Virus record (IMG/VR): IMGVR_UViG_3300017763_003980
Direction: 5' to 3' (one strand)
DNA: 64,000 bases
Source: a virus
Lineage: Duplodnaviria; Caudoviricetes
In this document: piece by piece, positions 36,581 to 45,109 of the stretch
How the letters are laid out: every line of letters begins with the position of its first letter
How positions within the stretch are numbered: position 1 is the stretch's first letter
The notes under the pieces: generated by a model
Told to the model about the DNA's origin: nothing
The model's input: the letters and a program-made list of their open reading frames with translations, nothing else
The model's database searches: none
Position numbers and translations under genes: made by a program

Positions 36581-38804
36581 CTTCTACACAATCCAACTGT
36601 ATCTCTTTATCACGATAATCGATAATGAGTGAACCGCCATTTTTCAGTTTACCAAATAACATTTCTCTTGCTAGTTTACGTTTGATATCTTTATCGATTA
36701 CTCTTTGTAAAGGTCTTGCACCCATTTTAGGATCAAATCCTTTATCTACTAAGTAATCTAATGTATCGTCTGTAATAGTTAGTGCAATATCTTTATCTTT
36801 AACCATGTCCTTTAGCTCAACAAGGAATTTGCCAACAATTTTCATCATTATCTCTTTGCTTAGTTTAGCAAAAGTAATTGTACCATCAAGTCTATTTCTA
36901 AATTCTGGTGCAAAGAACTGTTTAAGATCAGTGTCTTCATACTGTTGTTCTAGTTCTCTTGTAAAGCCAATTGAATTTTGTTCAGCTTTATGTGAACCTA
37001 AGTTAGTTGTTAAGATAAGTGTACAATTACGTGCATCAGCTACTTTACCATTGGATCCGGTTACTTTACCATTATCCATTAGTTGCAATAAAATTTGAGA
37101 AACATCCGGGTGTGCTTTTTCAATTTCGTCAAGTAGCAGTACACAGTTAGGTGATTCCTGTAATTTAGTAATTAGGATGCCGTTATTCTCTTCATAACCT
37201 ACATATCCTGGAGGCGACCCAATAAGTTTTGCTACACTATGTCGCTCCTGGTACTCACTCATATCAAAACGTATAAGTTTAACACCAAGATTTTTTGCAA
37301 GTTGTTTTGCAGTTTCAGTTTTACCTGTGCCTGTCGGTCCCATGAATACAAACGATCCAATAGGCTTATCGTCTGCTTTCAGACCTGCTTGATTTACAAG
37401 AACTTTGTCTACAATTTGTTCAATAGCTTCGTCTTGACCATAAACAACCCCTTTAAGATTCTTCTCTAAGTTTGCAAGGCTGTCTGTTTCTTTTTCGGCA
37501 ATACGCTCTGTTGGCATATCAACTATTTTAGCAAGTTCAAATTCAATATTAGTAGCTTCAACAATTTTTTCTTTGTTTTTACTATCAGTTACTTTGAATC
37601 TTGAACACGCAATGTCAATTAGATCTATTGCTTTATCAGGAAGTTTTTTATCGCTTTGATATTTTACACTTAGTTTTATGGCTGTATCAATTGCATCTTC
37701 TGTAATAGTAGTGCCATGAAACTCTTCATAATATTTTTTAATGCCTAGTAAGATTTCTTTAGTAGTTTGATTAGACGGCTCACCTATAGTTACTCTTTGA
37801 AATCTTCTCATTAATGCACGATCAGATTCAAAATATTTTCTGTATTCTTCCCATGTAGTTGAAGCAACTACTTTTAAGTCTCCCTTAGTAAGAGCAGGCT
37901 TTAGCATGTTTGCTAAATCATTTGAATTTCCACCGCCTGCAGCGCCAGCACCATTCATCATATGTGCTTCATCAACAAACATAATAGTTTTACCTTGTTT
38001 TGTTAATGCTGATAGTACTAGTTTGAATCGCTCTTCAAAATCACCTCTATACTTTGATCCTGCAAGCATAGCTCCAATGTCAAGGTTATATACTTTGTAC
38101 TCTTTTAAAAAGCTAGGAACATTATCGTTTTCGATATTATATGCAAGTCCTTCAGCAATAGCAGTTTTACCAACACCAGGATCACCTACCATTAGCACAT
38201 TATTTTTTTGTCTACGTCCTAATGCTAATGCTAAACTTTCTAATTCAGTTGAGCGACCTATAATAGGGTCAATTTTTTGTTTTTTTACTTCTTCGTTTAA
38301 ATTAGTAGTAAATGCACGTAGAGCACGTTTTGCTTCGCTAGAAACTTCGTCCTCCTCTAACAATCCTTCTTCTATTTCATTATGTAAAAATTCTCCAAAC
38401 TTGGATTTATCAATGCCGCCTTTTTCTAGATAAAATACTGAAATAGATTTTCTTTCATTAAGCATACTCAATACTACGTCAGTTAATTCAATAGTATTCC
38501 TGCCTGCAAATAAAACTTGTGTAAATGCTCTATTAAGAACTCTTTCTACAGTATGCGTTTTTTTAGGTTTAACTTTATCATTATCAGTAATAATTTCAGT
38601 CAAATTATTTTTAAGATAGTGTTCAAGATTAGATTTGATATATTCTATGTCTGCTCCAAACATGCCTACTATATTACAGAACTTTTCTTCACAAAAAATA
38701 GCATAAAGCAGATGCTCTAAAGTAACATACTCATGCATAAGCTTTTTAGCATCATTAATTGCTTTATCAAATACTAACTGTAACTCTTTACTTGGTTCGA
38801 CCAT
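36558..38804 (-). CDS. clpA: ClpA-type Hsp100 AAA+ chaperone
   Basis: Clp N-domain (VTLEHLL), NBD1 GDPGVGKT/FVDEAH, NBD2 GPTGTGKT/LLDEIEKAH, IGF loop, GARP; no ClpB middle domain apparent. Confidence 0.9.
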   Translation of the reverse strand: MVEPSKELQLVFDKAINDAKKLMHEYVTLEHLLYAIFCEEKFCNIVGMFGADIEYIKSNLEHYLKNNLTEIITDNDKVKPKKTHTVERVLNRAFTQVLFAGRNTIELTDVVLSMLNERKSISVFYLEKGGIDKSKFGEFLHNEIEEGLLEEDEVSSEAKRALRAFTTNLNEEVKKQKIDPIIGRSTELESLALALGRRQKNNVLMVGDPGVGKTAIAEGLAYNIENDNVPSFLKEYKVYNLDIGAMLAGSKYRGDFEERFKLVLSALTKQGKTIMFVDEAHMMNGAGAAGGGNSNDLANMLKPALTKGDLKVVASTTWEEYRKYFESDRALMRRFQRVTIGEPSNQTTKEILLGIKKYYEEFHGTTITEDAIDTAIKLSVKYQSDKKLPDKAIDLIDIACSRFKVTDSKNKEKIVEATNIEFELAKIVDMPTERIAEKETDSLANLEKNLKGVVYGQDEAIEQIVDKVLVNQAGLKADDKPIGSFVFMGPTGTGKTETAKQLAKNLGVKLIRFDMSEYQERHSVAKLIGSPPGYVGYEENNGILITKLQESPNCVLLLDEIEKAHPDVSQILLQLMDNGKVTGSNGKVADARNCTLILTTNLGSHKAEQNSIGFTRELEQQYEDTDLKQFFAPEFRNRLDGTITFAKLSKEIMMKIVGKFLVELKDMVKDKDIALTITDDTLDYLVDKGFDPKMGARPLQRVIDKDIKRKLAREMLFGKLKNGGSLIIDYRDKEIQLDCVEDEITESA

Positions 38805-38805
38805 A

Positions 38806-39660
38806 CTATTTTATCTCATCTCTTAATTGTTGTATTTTATTTAACAGACTTTCGTCATTAATTTCAGGTGTTTTAACGTCAATAATAACGTGTATATTTC
38901 CCCTGCGTCTTGTATTAATATCGGGTATACCATACTCTGGAATACTGAATCTTTGTCCTGGGTTTGTGCCTTTTGGTATAGTTAATTTAACGTTTCTATT
39001 GTCTAATGTGTTTACTATTATAACACATCCTAGCAATAAGTCAAACAAATTTATGGTTTTTCTTGTAATTAAATCATTATTTCTTCGTTCCCAACCAGAT
39101 ACAGGCTTTACTTGTACAACAACATGTAAATTTCCTCTTCTTAGTTCTCTGTGCCTATCATCACCTAATCCTTCATATTGGATAGTATCACCATCTCTTG
39201 CACCAGGAGGAACATCTATGTTTATAGTTTCAATTCTGCCAGAACCTAGTTGTATTTGAGCGACTAAGCTTTTGCCTAATACTACATCTCGCAAATCTAT
39301 TTGTGCTGCGATACGCATATCTTGATTTCTAGGTTGCTGCCTTTGTCCGAATGGACTATTGCCTGAAAACATATCAGCAAACGGTGTACCAGCAAATGGG
39401 TTGCCACCTGCAAAGTCGTTTGAATTAAAATTAAAACCCTGTGGACCAGCTTGCTGAGGATCAGCAGTTCCGTATTGATCGTACATTTGACGCTTTGATG
39501 GATCTTTTAATGTACTATATGCTTCGTTAATTTTTTTGAACGTATCTTCGTTACCACCCCGATCAGGGTGATGTTGCATGCTAGCTTTTTTGTATGCTTT
39601 TTTAAGCTCTGCGTCAGATGCTTGTTTGCTTACGCCAAGTATATTATAAAAGTCGCTCAT
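38806..39660 (-). CDS. dnaJ: DnaJ-class co-chaperone (type II, no zinc finger)
   Basis: J domain with HPD, G/F-rich linker, C-terminal domain; no CxxCxGxG repeats. Confidence 0.9.
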   Translation of the reverse strand: MSDFYNILGVSKQASDAELKKAYKKASMQHHPDRGGNEDTFKKINEAYSTLKDPSKRQMYDQYGTADPQQAGPQGFNFNSNDFAGGNPFAGTPFADMFSGNSPFGQRQQPRNQDMRIAAQIDLRDVVLGKSLVAQIQLGSGRIETINIDVPPGARDGDTIQYEGLGDDRHRELRRGNLHVVVQVKPVSGWERRNNDLITRKTINLFDLLLGCVIIVNTLDNRNVKLTIPKGTNPGQRFSIPEYGIPDINTRRRGNIHVIIDVKTPEINDESLLNKIQQLRDEIK

Positions 39661-39665
39661 ACTAC

Positions 39666-39672
39666 TACTTAT
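39666..39672 (-). promoter_or_regulatory. late-promoter variant
   Basis: ATAAGTA, 5 nt before the dnaJ ATG. Confidence 0.5.
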
Positions 39673-39697
39673 TTGTAGTAGTATTTGCGTTAGCTAG

Positions 39698-40066
39698 TCA
39701 CGATTCTTTTTTAGGACCGCCTGCGTTTGAGTTTACATATAAACCAAACCACGCTGCGCCAGCACCTACAACAACACTTACAAGTGCTGCTTGTTCTGCT
39801 ACTGGTGCTTGTAAAGCCATGAACCAAGTTACTACTCTCCAAAGCAAGTATATGTACATTGATATAAATGCTCTTGGAAAAATTCTCCAACGACTAAAAT
39901 ATTCAGGAGCAATCCATAACCAACCTTCTTTAGAAACTGGTCTAGTTTTCCACCATCCATCTGAGTCAGCCGGTGCAGGAGCATCTGCTTCTAATGCTGC
40001 AATTTTATCACGCATTGCATCATATTCTGCTCTATCAACATTTACTGTGTTCTTTCCCTCTGCCAT
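39698..40066 (-). CDS. holin-like two-TM membrane protein
   Basis: Two TM segments after WRIFPR; lies in the lysis cluster. Confidence 0.5.
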   Translation of the reverse strand: MAEGKNTVNVDRAEYDAMRDKIAALEADAPAPADSDGWWKTRPVSKEGWLWIAPEYFSRWRIFPRAFISMYIYLLWRVVTWFMALQAPVAEQAALVSVVVGAGAAWFGLYVNSNAGGPKKES

Positions 40067-40485
40067 TATTTCTTTCCTCCGTTTTTAATTTTGTGAATTT
40101 CTTGTGCATTTTCTTCTATCTTAGACTCGTTATGCACAGGCTTTGTATCAAATATAACTTTTTCAAGTTTTAAAAATGGAATACGCTCATTAGGAACATA
40201 TCTCCATACATAATCTCCGTCAAACTCACCAGAAGTTTTAGTTACACCGAATACTGTTTGGGTAATTCCAATCTTTACAATTAATGCACGTTCACCATCA
40301 AGTATAACTTTATCACCTTCTTGAAATTGCTTGTTCATACTGAAAGATAAACCTTTAGCAATCTTACTTGCGAAGTCTCTGAACCACAAGGTAATTACTA
40401 CCATTACAAGTACACTTATAAATGGCATTATTAGTAAAGTTATATCATTTGCTAGTGTTGCTACATCCATTATTTCATTTTCCAT
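40066..40485 (-). CDS. membrane protein with an MscS-like beta domain
   Basis: TM helix followed by FQEGDKVILDGERALIVKIGITQT. Confidence 0.55.
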   Translation of the reverse strand: MENEIMDVATLANDITLLIMPFISVLVMVVITLWFRDFASKIAKGLSFSMNKQFQEGDKVILDGERALIVKIGITQTVFGVTKTSGEFDGDYVWRYVPNERIPFLKLEKVIFDTKPVHNESKIEENAQEIHKIKNGGKK

Positions 40486-40759
40486 TACCCTTACCTTTCT
40501 GTAACCTTCTGATCTCTAACTCAAGATAGTTAATTCTTTCTTCGAGCTCATCAGTCCTCTTCGCTACATTTGGATATTTTGATCTCCATGCAATATCCTC
40601 TTTATTGAGAATATCTATGCCATAGCGATCAGTTGCCCAATTCGCTATTGCTTCGTATTTTTTATAGCACCAAATGCCTGCTTTTGTATCTTTGAACCAC
40701 CTGGTAGTAGCTGCTCCAAGCAGACTGCCTGCGATACTCGATACCAGCCATAACCACAT
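40475..40759 (-). CDS. membrane-anchored hypothetical protein
   Basis: Hydrophobic N-terminus, C-terminal coiled coil; late promoter TATAAATA at 40784-40791. Confidence 0.65.
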   Translation of the reverse strand: MWLWLVSSIAGSLLGAATTRWFKDTKAGIWCYKKYEAIANWATDRYGIDILNKEDIAWRSKYPNVAKRTDELEERINYLELEIRRLQKGKGNGK

Positions 40760-40805
40760 TTAGTACTCCTGTTTAGTTATATGTATTTATAACTATTTGG
40801 AGTAA

Positions 40806-41282
40806 TTATTTGAAGGGATTTAATTTATCTAACACAGATTCTTTTTTACTATTAGCATCTTGTTGCGAATCAATTTCATCTTGTGTAGATTCAATTTGTT
40901 GATTAGCACTATCTAATGCATCACTTGATGCTTCATAATATTGTCTATATGCAGCAATAATAGTCTGTTGCTGTTGCACCATTGCTCTAATTGCACTAAA
41001 GTTTGTACTTAAATTTTCATATCCTTGTCCGGATAATCCAAAGATAGCAAGTGGCTGTCCTGAAGTTTTTAATTCTGCAATAACTTCTTCAAGATTTTCT
41101 TCTGTTACAATAATCCACTTTACTTCTTTCATAGTAACTTGGTCAATTGGTGGTACAATCAAGGTAGGTTTTTCAATAGGCTTTGTACTTACTGTTATGC
41201 TCGGCGGTAAACTAGCACAACTACTCAGCAGTAGTAGGGCCAGGCCACAACCAAGGACATTCTTTGTTGAACGATGTAGCAC
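40806..41282 (-). CDS. o-spanin-like lipoprotein
   Basis: Lipobox LLLLSSC; GTG start with SD AAGGAGG inside the i-spanin gene. Confidence 0.7.
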   Translation of the reverse strand: MLHRSTKNVLGCGLALLLLSSCASLPPSITVSTKPIEKPTLIVPPIDQVTMKEVKWIIVTEENLEEVIAELKTSGQPLAIFGLSGQGYENLSTNFSAIRAMVQQQQTIIAAYRQYYEASSDALDSANQQIESTQDEIDSQQDANSKKESVLDKLNPFK

Positions 41283-41685
41283 TTTTTGCCTCCTTTTCTT
41301 TATCGTTTAATTCTGCACCGCTTAATATTTCAAAACATCTATTAGCATTAACAGTTCCTCTGTTAATTAACCTTTTAATACTCTTAGGTCTTTCTGCAGC
41401 TAATACATTTATATCATGTTCTGCTAGCTTAGTTGATAGTACATTATTTTGAGCTCTTGTAGCTTGAAACTCTGCATTAACTTCTTCTAAGTTTTTTTGT
41501 AGAGCTATATAGTTTTCTTTTTGTACTCGTAATGCTTCTTCATTTTGTTGTGCAGCTTGTTCGAACTTTAAGGCATTCAATCGATGAATTTCTGAAGTTT
41601 TTTGTAAGTTAGTTACATATGTGTAGGCTCCCCCTGCTCCTGCGAGCAGCATCAGGATGAGCACTATTTTAATTGATCCGAACAT
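41221..41685 (-). CDS. i-spanin-like protein
   Basis: N-terminal TM, long coiled coil, two C-terminal Cys; directly after the endolysin. Confidence 0.7.
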   Translation of the reverse strand: MFGSIKIVLILMLLAGAGGAYTYVTNLQKTSEIHRLNALKFEQAAQQNEEALRVQKENYIALQKNLEEVNAEFQATRAQNNVLSTKLAEHDINVLAAERPKSIKRLINRGTVNANRCFEILSGAELNDKEKEAKSATSFNKECPWLWPGPTTAE

Positions 41686-41703
41686 AAAGTTAGTTATCCA
41701 AAG

Positions 41704-42216
41704 TTAGACCATTTTGATAGCTAATTCGGTTGTCTCCGTTACTCTACGTGTCCAACCTCTACCAAAGGTTTCAAAAGTTTTTAATCTTTCGTAGTATCCT
41801 TGACGTGCTTCTTGAAAGTTTTTAACAGCACCTTCAGCACCTACTTCGTCAACGTAATTCCATACTGCTTTTAACGTATTTGGTCCAATACCACCGTCTA
41901 CTGTAGTACCAATCATTTTCTGTAGGTACTTGGCTGACCGGCCTGTTCCAGCATTAACGCCAAAATCAAACACACATAAGTCTAAGCCTTTAGGTAGATC
42001 GTCGCATTTCATTCTATCCCAATAGTTTTTTCTATAGATAGGAGCAACGTCTTCGACTAATAAGTCTTTCATATTTTTATTTCCGCCCCATTCGTCGTAA
42101 ACTCTTTTTGTAACACCCAAGTTAGTTTCTCCACCCGGATCTTTAGGATGGTTTACATATCCACCTTCATGATGTAGTATAGTTTCTAAACATTTATCGT
42201 AATTTTCTTTAGCCAC
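41704..42216 (-). CDS. endolysin, glycoside hydrolase family 108
   Basis: HEGGYVNHPKDPGGETNLGVT; C-terminal FGRGWTRR peptidoglycan-binding motif. Confidence 0.92.
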   Translation of the reverse strand: MAKENYDKCLETILHHEGGYVNHPKDPGGETNLGVTKRVYDEWGGNKNMKDLLVEDVAPIYRKNYWDRMKCDDLPKGLDLCVFDFGVNAGTGRSAKYLQKMIGTTVDGGIGPNTLKAVWNYVDEVGAEGAVKNFQEARQGYYERLKTFETFGRGWTRRVTETTELAIKMV

Positions 42217-42230
42217 ACTGTGTCCTTTCT

Positions 42231-42389
42231 TTACTCATTGCAGTCACAGTCATCGCACGTAGCAACAACATCAGTTATATTACCTTCTGTATCTCGTAGA
42301 AAGTAAGTTATTTCGTATCCTTCGTGACACGGTTGGCCACAATTTCTACATCTCTTTAGTTCTTCATCGGTATATTGTTGTACCGCCAT
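42231..42389 (-). CDS. 52-aa Cys-rich protein (not in ORF track)
   Basis: MAVQQYTDEELKRCRNCGQPCHEGYEITYFLRDTEGNITDVVATCDDCDCNE; SD AAGGAGG. Confidence 0.65.
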   Translation of the reverse strand: MAVQQYTDEELKRCRNCGQPCHEGYEITYFLRDTEGNITDVVATCDDCDCNE

Positions 42390-42398
42390 AATGCCTCC

Positions 42399-43127
42399 TT
42401 ACACAACTACACGTTCTAATACTAATGTACTACCACTATTATCAAAAGTTAGTTTATTTCCATATTTGGTAATATTGTAATCACCTATATATTTGCTTAA
42501 AAAGATAATTTCAGCAAAATCATCTGCATTAAAAGATTCTTTAATATTTTTTATTGTTTGTACAGTAGGACCAAAATCTACAAATTTAAATTGTATAGGA
42601 TCTGCGTATTTTTTCTTAATTGTAATTTTATTACCTGTCATTGCAATAGATTCTACAAAGCTTTTATTGAAAAAATCTTTATAATTGTTAAGAATGTCTT
42701 CATTCATACCTTTTTGGTCAACGCCGTATAAGTCTGGATCTAAAGGCATAACTTCTTCTAGTGCTTCCTGTGTTAACCCTTGACTGCGAAATTCTTTGTG
42801 ATATCTAAATCTTAAATCTTTTACACCAGATAGATTTTCAACACCATTTGCTAGTTCCATTATATTTTCGCCAGCCTGATTATCTCTTTCTATTTCAACA
42901 AATACTTTATATGTACCATCCACTTGTTCGCCGCTAGTTTTATCTGCATCTAAAACAAAAGAATAACCTCTTTCAAAAAACCCTGCTAAGTCATCTGCTG
43001 ATTCTTTAGTAACAGTACTAAAGGTAACTGTAATAATATCAGCATCGTCTCCCATTTTTGACTTATCAGAGTCGATCTCTATTACTTCACTTACTAAATC
43101 TTGTAAATCATTTTGTTGTAGTGTCAT
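42399..43127 (-). CDS. hypothetical protein
   Basis: 242-aa acidic ORF. Confidence 0.75.
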   Translation of the reverse strand: MTLQQNDLQDLVSEVIEIDSDKSKMGDDADIITVTFSTVTKESADDLAGFFERGYSFVLDADKTSGEQVDGTYKVFVEIERDNQAGENIMELANGVENLSGVKDLRFRYHKEFRSQGLTQEALEEVMPLDPDLYGVDQKGMNEDILNNYKDFFNKSFVESIAMTGNKITIKKKYADPIQFKFVDFGPTVQTIKNIKESFNADDFAEIIFLSKYIGDYNITKYGNKLTFDNSGSTLVLERVVV

Positions 43128-43648
43128 TATGTACTCTCAACTTCATCCATAGTTTCTGCTGCTACTTCCTCTGCTGGCTGAGCCACTGGTGGCGGGCTTG
43201 CGGGAATGTTTAACGGATCCATAATCGATTCGTCTCTATATCCTGTATAGATATCTGCAATTAATTTTTTAGGCATTTTAATCGTTACAATCCAGATAGG
43301 TTTTCGATCAAGTTTACCTTTCTTTGTTCCCGGGCGAATATCGTCAGGTTCTTCAATTTTTCTTGGTACAATTAAATGTGACTTTGAATAAGATACCTTG
43401 CAATCATAATCTAATAAACGCTTTCCACCTTGAGGATCTGGCATTTCGTCTTGTGGCCACATAAAACAACATGTAACCCAGTGCCTATCTATTTTAGGTC
43501 CTTCGCACAGTTCGCCTTCTTTCCAATTTTTATACACATAGATATCTAATTCATCTAATACTCTTTCAAAGTCTTTAAGAACTTGAAAAGAAGTATTTGA
43601 ATCGTATATAGACTCAATGTTTTTTATAATATCTAAAACGTCTTGCAT
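43127..43648 (-). CDS. hypothetical protein
   Basis: Start refined to the ATG at 43648; late promoter ATAAATA at 43675-43681. Confidence 0.75.
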   Translation of the reverse strand: MQDVLDIIKNIESIYDSNTSFQVLKDFERVLDELDIYVYKNWKEGELCEGPKIDRHWVTCCFMWPQDEMPDPQGGKRLLDYDCKVSYSKSHLIVPRKIEEPDDIRPGTKKGKLDRKPIWIVTIKMPKKLIADIYTGYRDESIMDPLNIPASPPPVAQPAEEVAAETMDEVEST

Positions 43649-43727
43649 ATGAATTTCCAATTATTTGCTATAGTTATTTATCGACTTTTTAGAGTTAACT
43701 TGTCTTTTTTCGGCGGATGGAAGAAAG

Positions 43728-43734
43728 CTAAATA
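43728..43734 (+). promoter_or_regulatory. late-promoter variant for phoH
   Basis: CTAAATA in the divergent intergenic region. Confidence 0.45.
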
Positions 43735-43804
43735 TTAATGTAGGGACGATAAGCCTTACGGTTTATTAGACTTACTTCTTTAATATCCCAAAGGAGGACA
43801 CTTT

Positions 43805-44536
43805 ATGGGTGCTAAACGAGCTTCTCGTAAGAGAAATCAAAATAACAACTTTTCAAATGTTGTACAACTAAACACATCATACACAAAACAAAAACAAAAA
43901 CACGTTACAATACTCCCCCGAAATAGAAATCAAGAAACTTATGTTCTAAAACTGTTAGATGACACCAAGGATATAGTCTTCGGAATCGGACCAGCTGGTA
44001 CAGGTAAAACACTACTAGCAGTTCAGGTCGCAGTTAAACAATTTCTCGAAGGGAAAATTGATAAAATCATTGTTACTAGACCAGCTGTGTCTGTAGACGA
44101 AGATTTAGGATTCTTACCAGGTACGCTAGAACAAAAGATGGCGCCTTGGACTAGACCTATTTTCGATGTATTGCGTGAATATTTCCAAGCAAAGGAAATT
44201 GAAGGTATGATAGAAGAAGGAATTATTGAAATTGCACCGCTTGCATATATGCGTGGGCGTACTTTCAAAAGAAGCTTTATTCTAGCAGATGAAATGCAAA
44301 ACGCAACCCCTAATCAAATGAAAATGTTGCTTACTAGACTAGGTGAAGAAAGTCAAATGGCTGTTACTGGAGATTTAGCACAAGCTGATCGGAAAGCAGA
44401 TAATGGATTAATTGATTTTACTAACTTACTAGCTAAAAGTAATTCAACACATTTGGACATAGTCCACTTCGCTCAAGGAGACATTGAGCGCCATAACGCT
44501 GTTAAGGAGGTGTTACAAGTTTACGGAGATGAATAA
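43805..44536 (+). CDS. phoH: PhoH-like ATPase
   Basis: GPAGTGKT, VTRPAV, LGFLPG, YMRGRTF, DEMQN, TGDLAQAD; SD AAGGAGG. Confidence 0.95.
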   Translation: MGAKRASRKRNQNNNFSNVVQLNTSYTKQKQKHVTILPRNRNQETYVLKLLDDTKDIVFGIGPAGTGKTLLAVQVAVKQFLEGKIDKIIVTRPAVSVDEDLGFLPGTLEQKMAPWTRPIFDVLREYFQAKEIEGMIEEGIIEIAPLAYMRGRTFKRSFILADEMQNATPNQMKMLLTRLGEESQMAVTGDLAQADRKADNGLIDFTNLLAKSNSTHLDIVHFAQGDIERHNAVKEVLQVYGDE

Positions 44537-44539
44537 AAT

Positions 44540-44563
44540 AATTGGGGGATTCGTCCCCCAATT
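44540..44563. terminator. bidirectional terminator between convergent genes
   Basis: Perfect stem AATTGGGGGA-TTCG-TCCCCCAATT with a UUCG loop. Confidence 0.85.
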
Positions 44564-45026
44564 ATATTACTACGTAGATTAATCCGCCGACAATACTAAG
44601 CCCAATACTTACTAAAATTCCTATTAGTATTACGTCAGCTAAAAACTTTTTGCGTTCAGCTAAAGCTCTTGCAGCCTGTAAACGTCTTTGTCTTTCTTTT
44701 TGTCTTGTCCTCATCATAGATTTATACACATCACCTTGACCTGAATACACAAACAATTCTCGTAATTGTTTTTCCATGTCTTTTGTTTTATGCTCAGCTA
44801 ATGCTACTTCTAGTGCATACGACTCGACAGATTGTTTGGAAAACATTTTACTGCCAATAGTAGGATTTTCAGATTCTGTTTTAGCTGTATCTATTTTATC
44901 TTTAGCATCAAAAAAGGTAGAGAACTGACTTGCTAAGTCTTGAGCTTCTCTACCAGCTTTTAACCCTTTGGATATTACATTAACGGCTTTGGAAGCTGCC
45001 GCTATCGCCAAAGATATTTCAACCAT
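44562..45026 (-). CDS. hypothetical protein with a C-terminal TM anchor
   Basis: 154 aa, coiled coil then VILIGILVSIGLSIVGGLIYVVI; TAATG overlap with the pqqA-like stop. Confidence 0.7.
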   Translation of the reverse strand: MVEISLAIAAASKAVNVISKGLKAGREAQDLASQFSTFFDAKDKIDTAKTESENPTIGSKMFSKQSVESYALEVALAEHKTKDMEKQLRELFVYSGQGDVYKSMMRTRQKERQRRLQAARALAERKKFLADVILIGILVSIGLSIVGGLIYVVI

Positions 45027-45097
45027 TACCTCGTTGAAAAATACATAGTGATTTCAAATCCAAGTCTTATATTTTCGTAAGTTGGTTTAGTCCACAT
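45026..45097 (-). CDS. pqqA: PqqA-like PQQ precursor peptide, 23 aa (not in ORF track)
   Basis: MWTKPTYENIRLGFEITMYFSTR. Matches the PqqA pattern W-x-K-P...R-x-G-x-E-x-T-x-Y with the E-x3-Y core. SD AGAGGAGA 5 nt upstream. Confidence 0.88.
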   Translation of the reverse strand: MWTKPTYENIRLGFEITMYFSTR

Positions 45098-45109
45098 AAT
45101 TCTTCTCCT

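Noticed and set aside
38759-39259. 166-aa minus-strand ORF
   Set aside because: Out-of-frame overlap with dnaJ, no recognisable features
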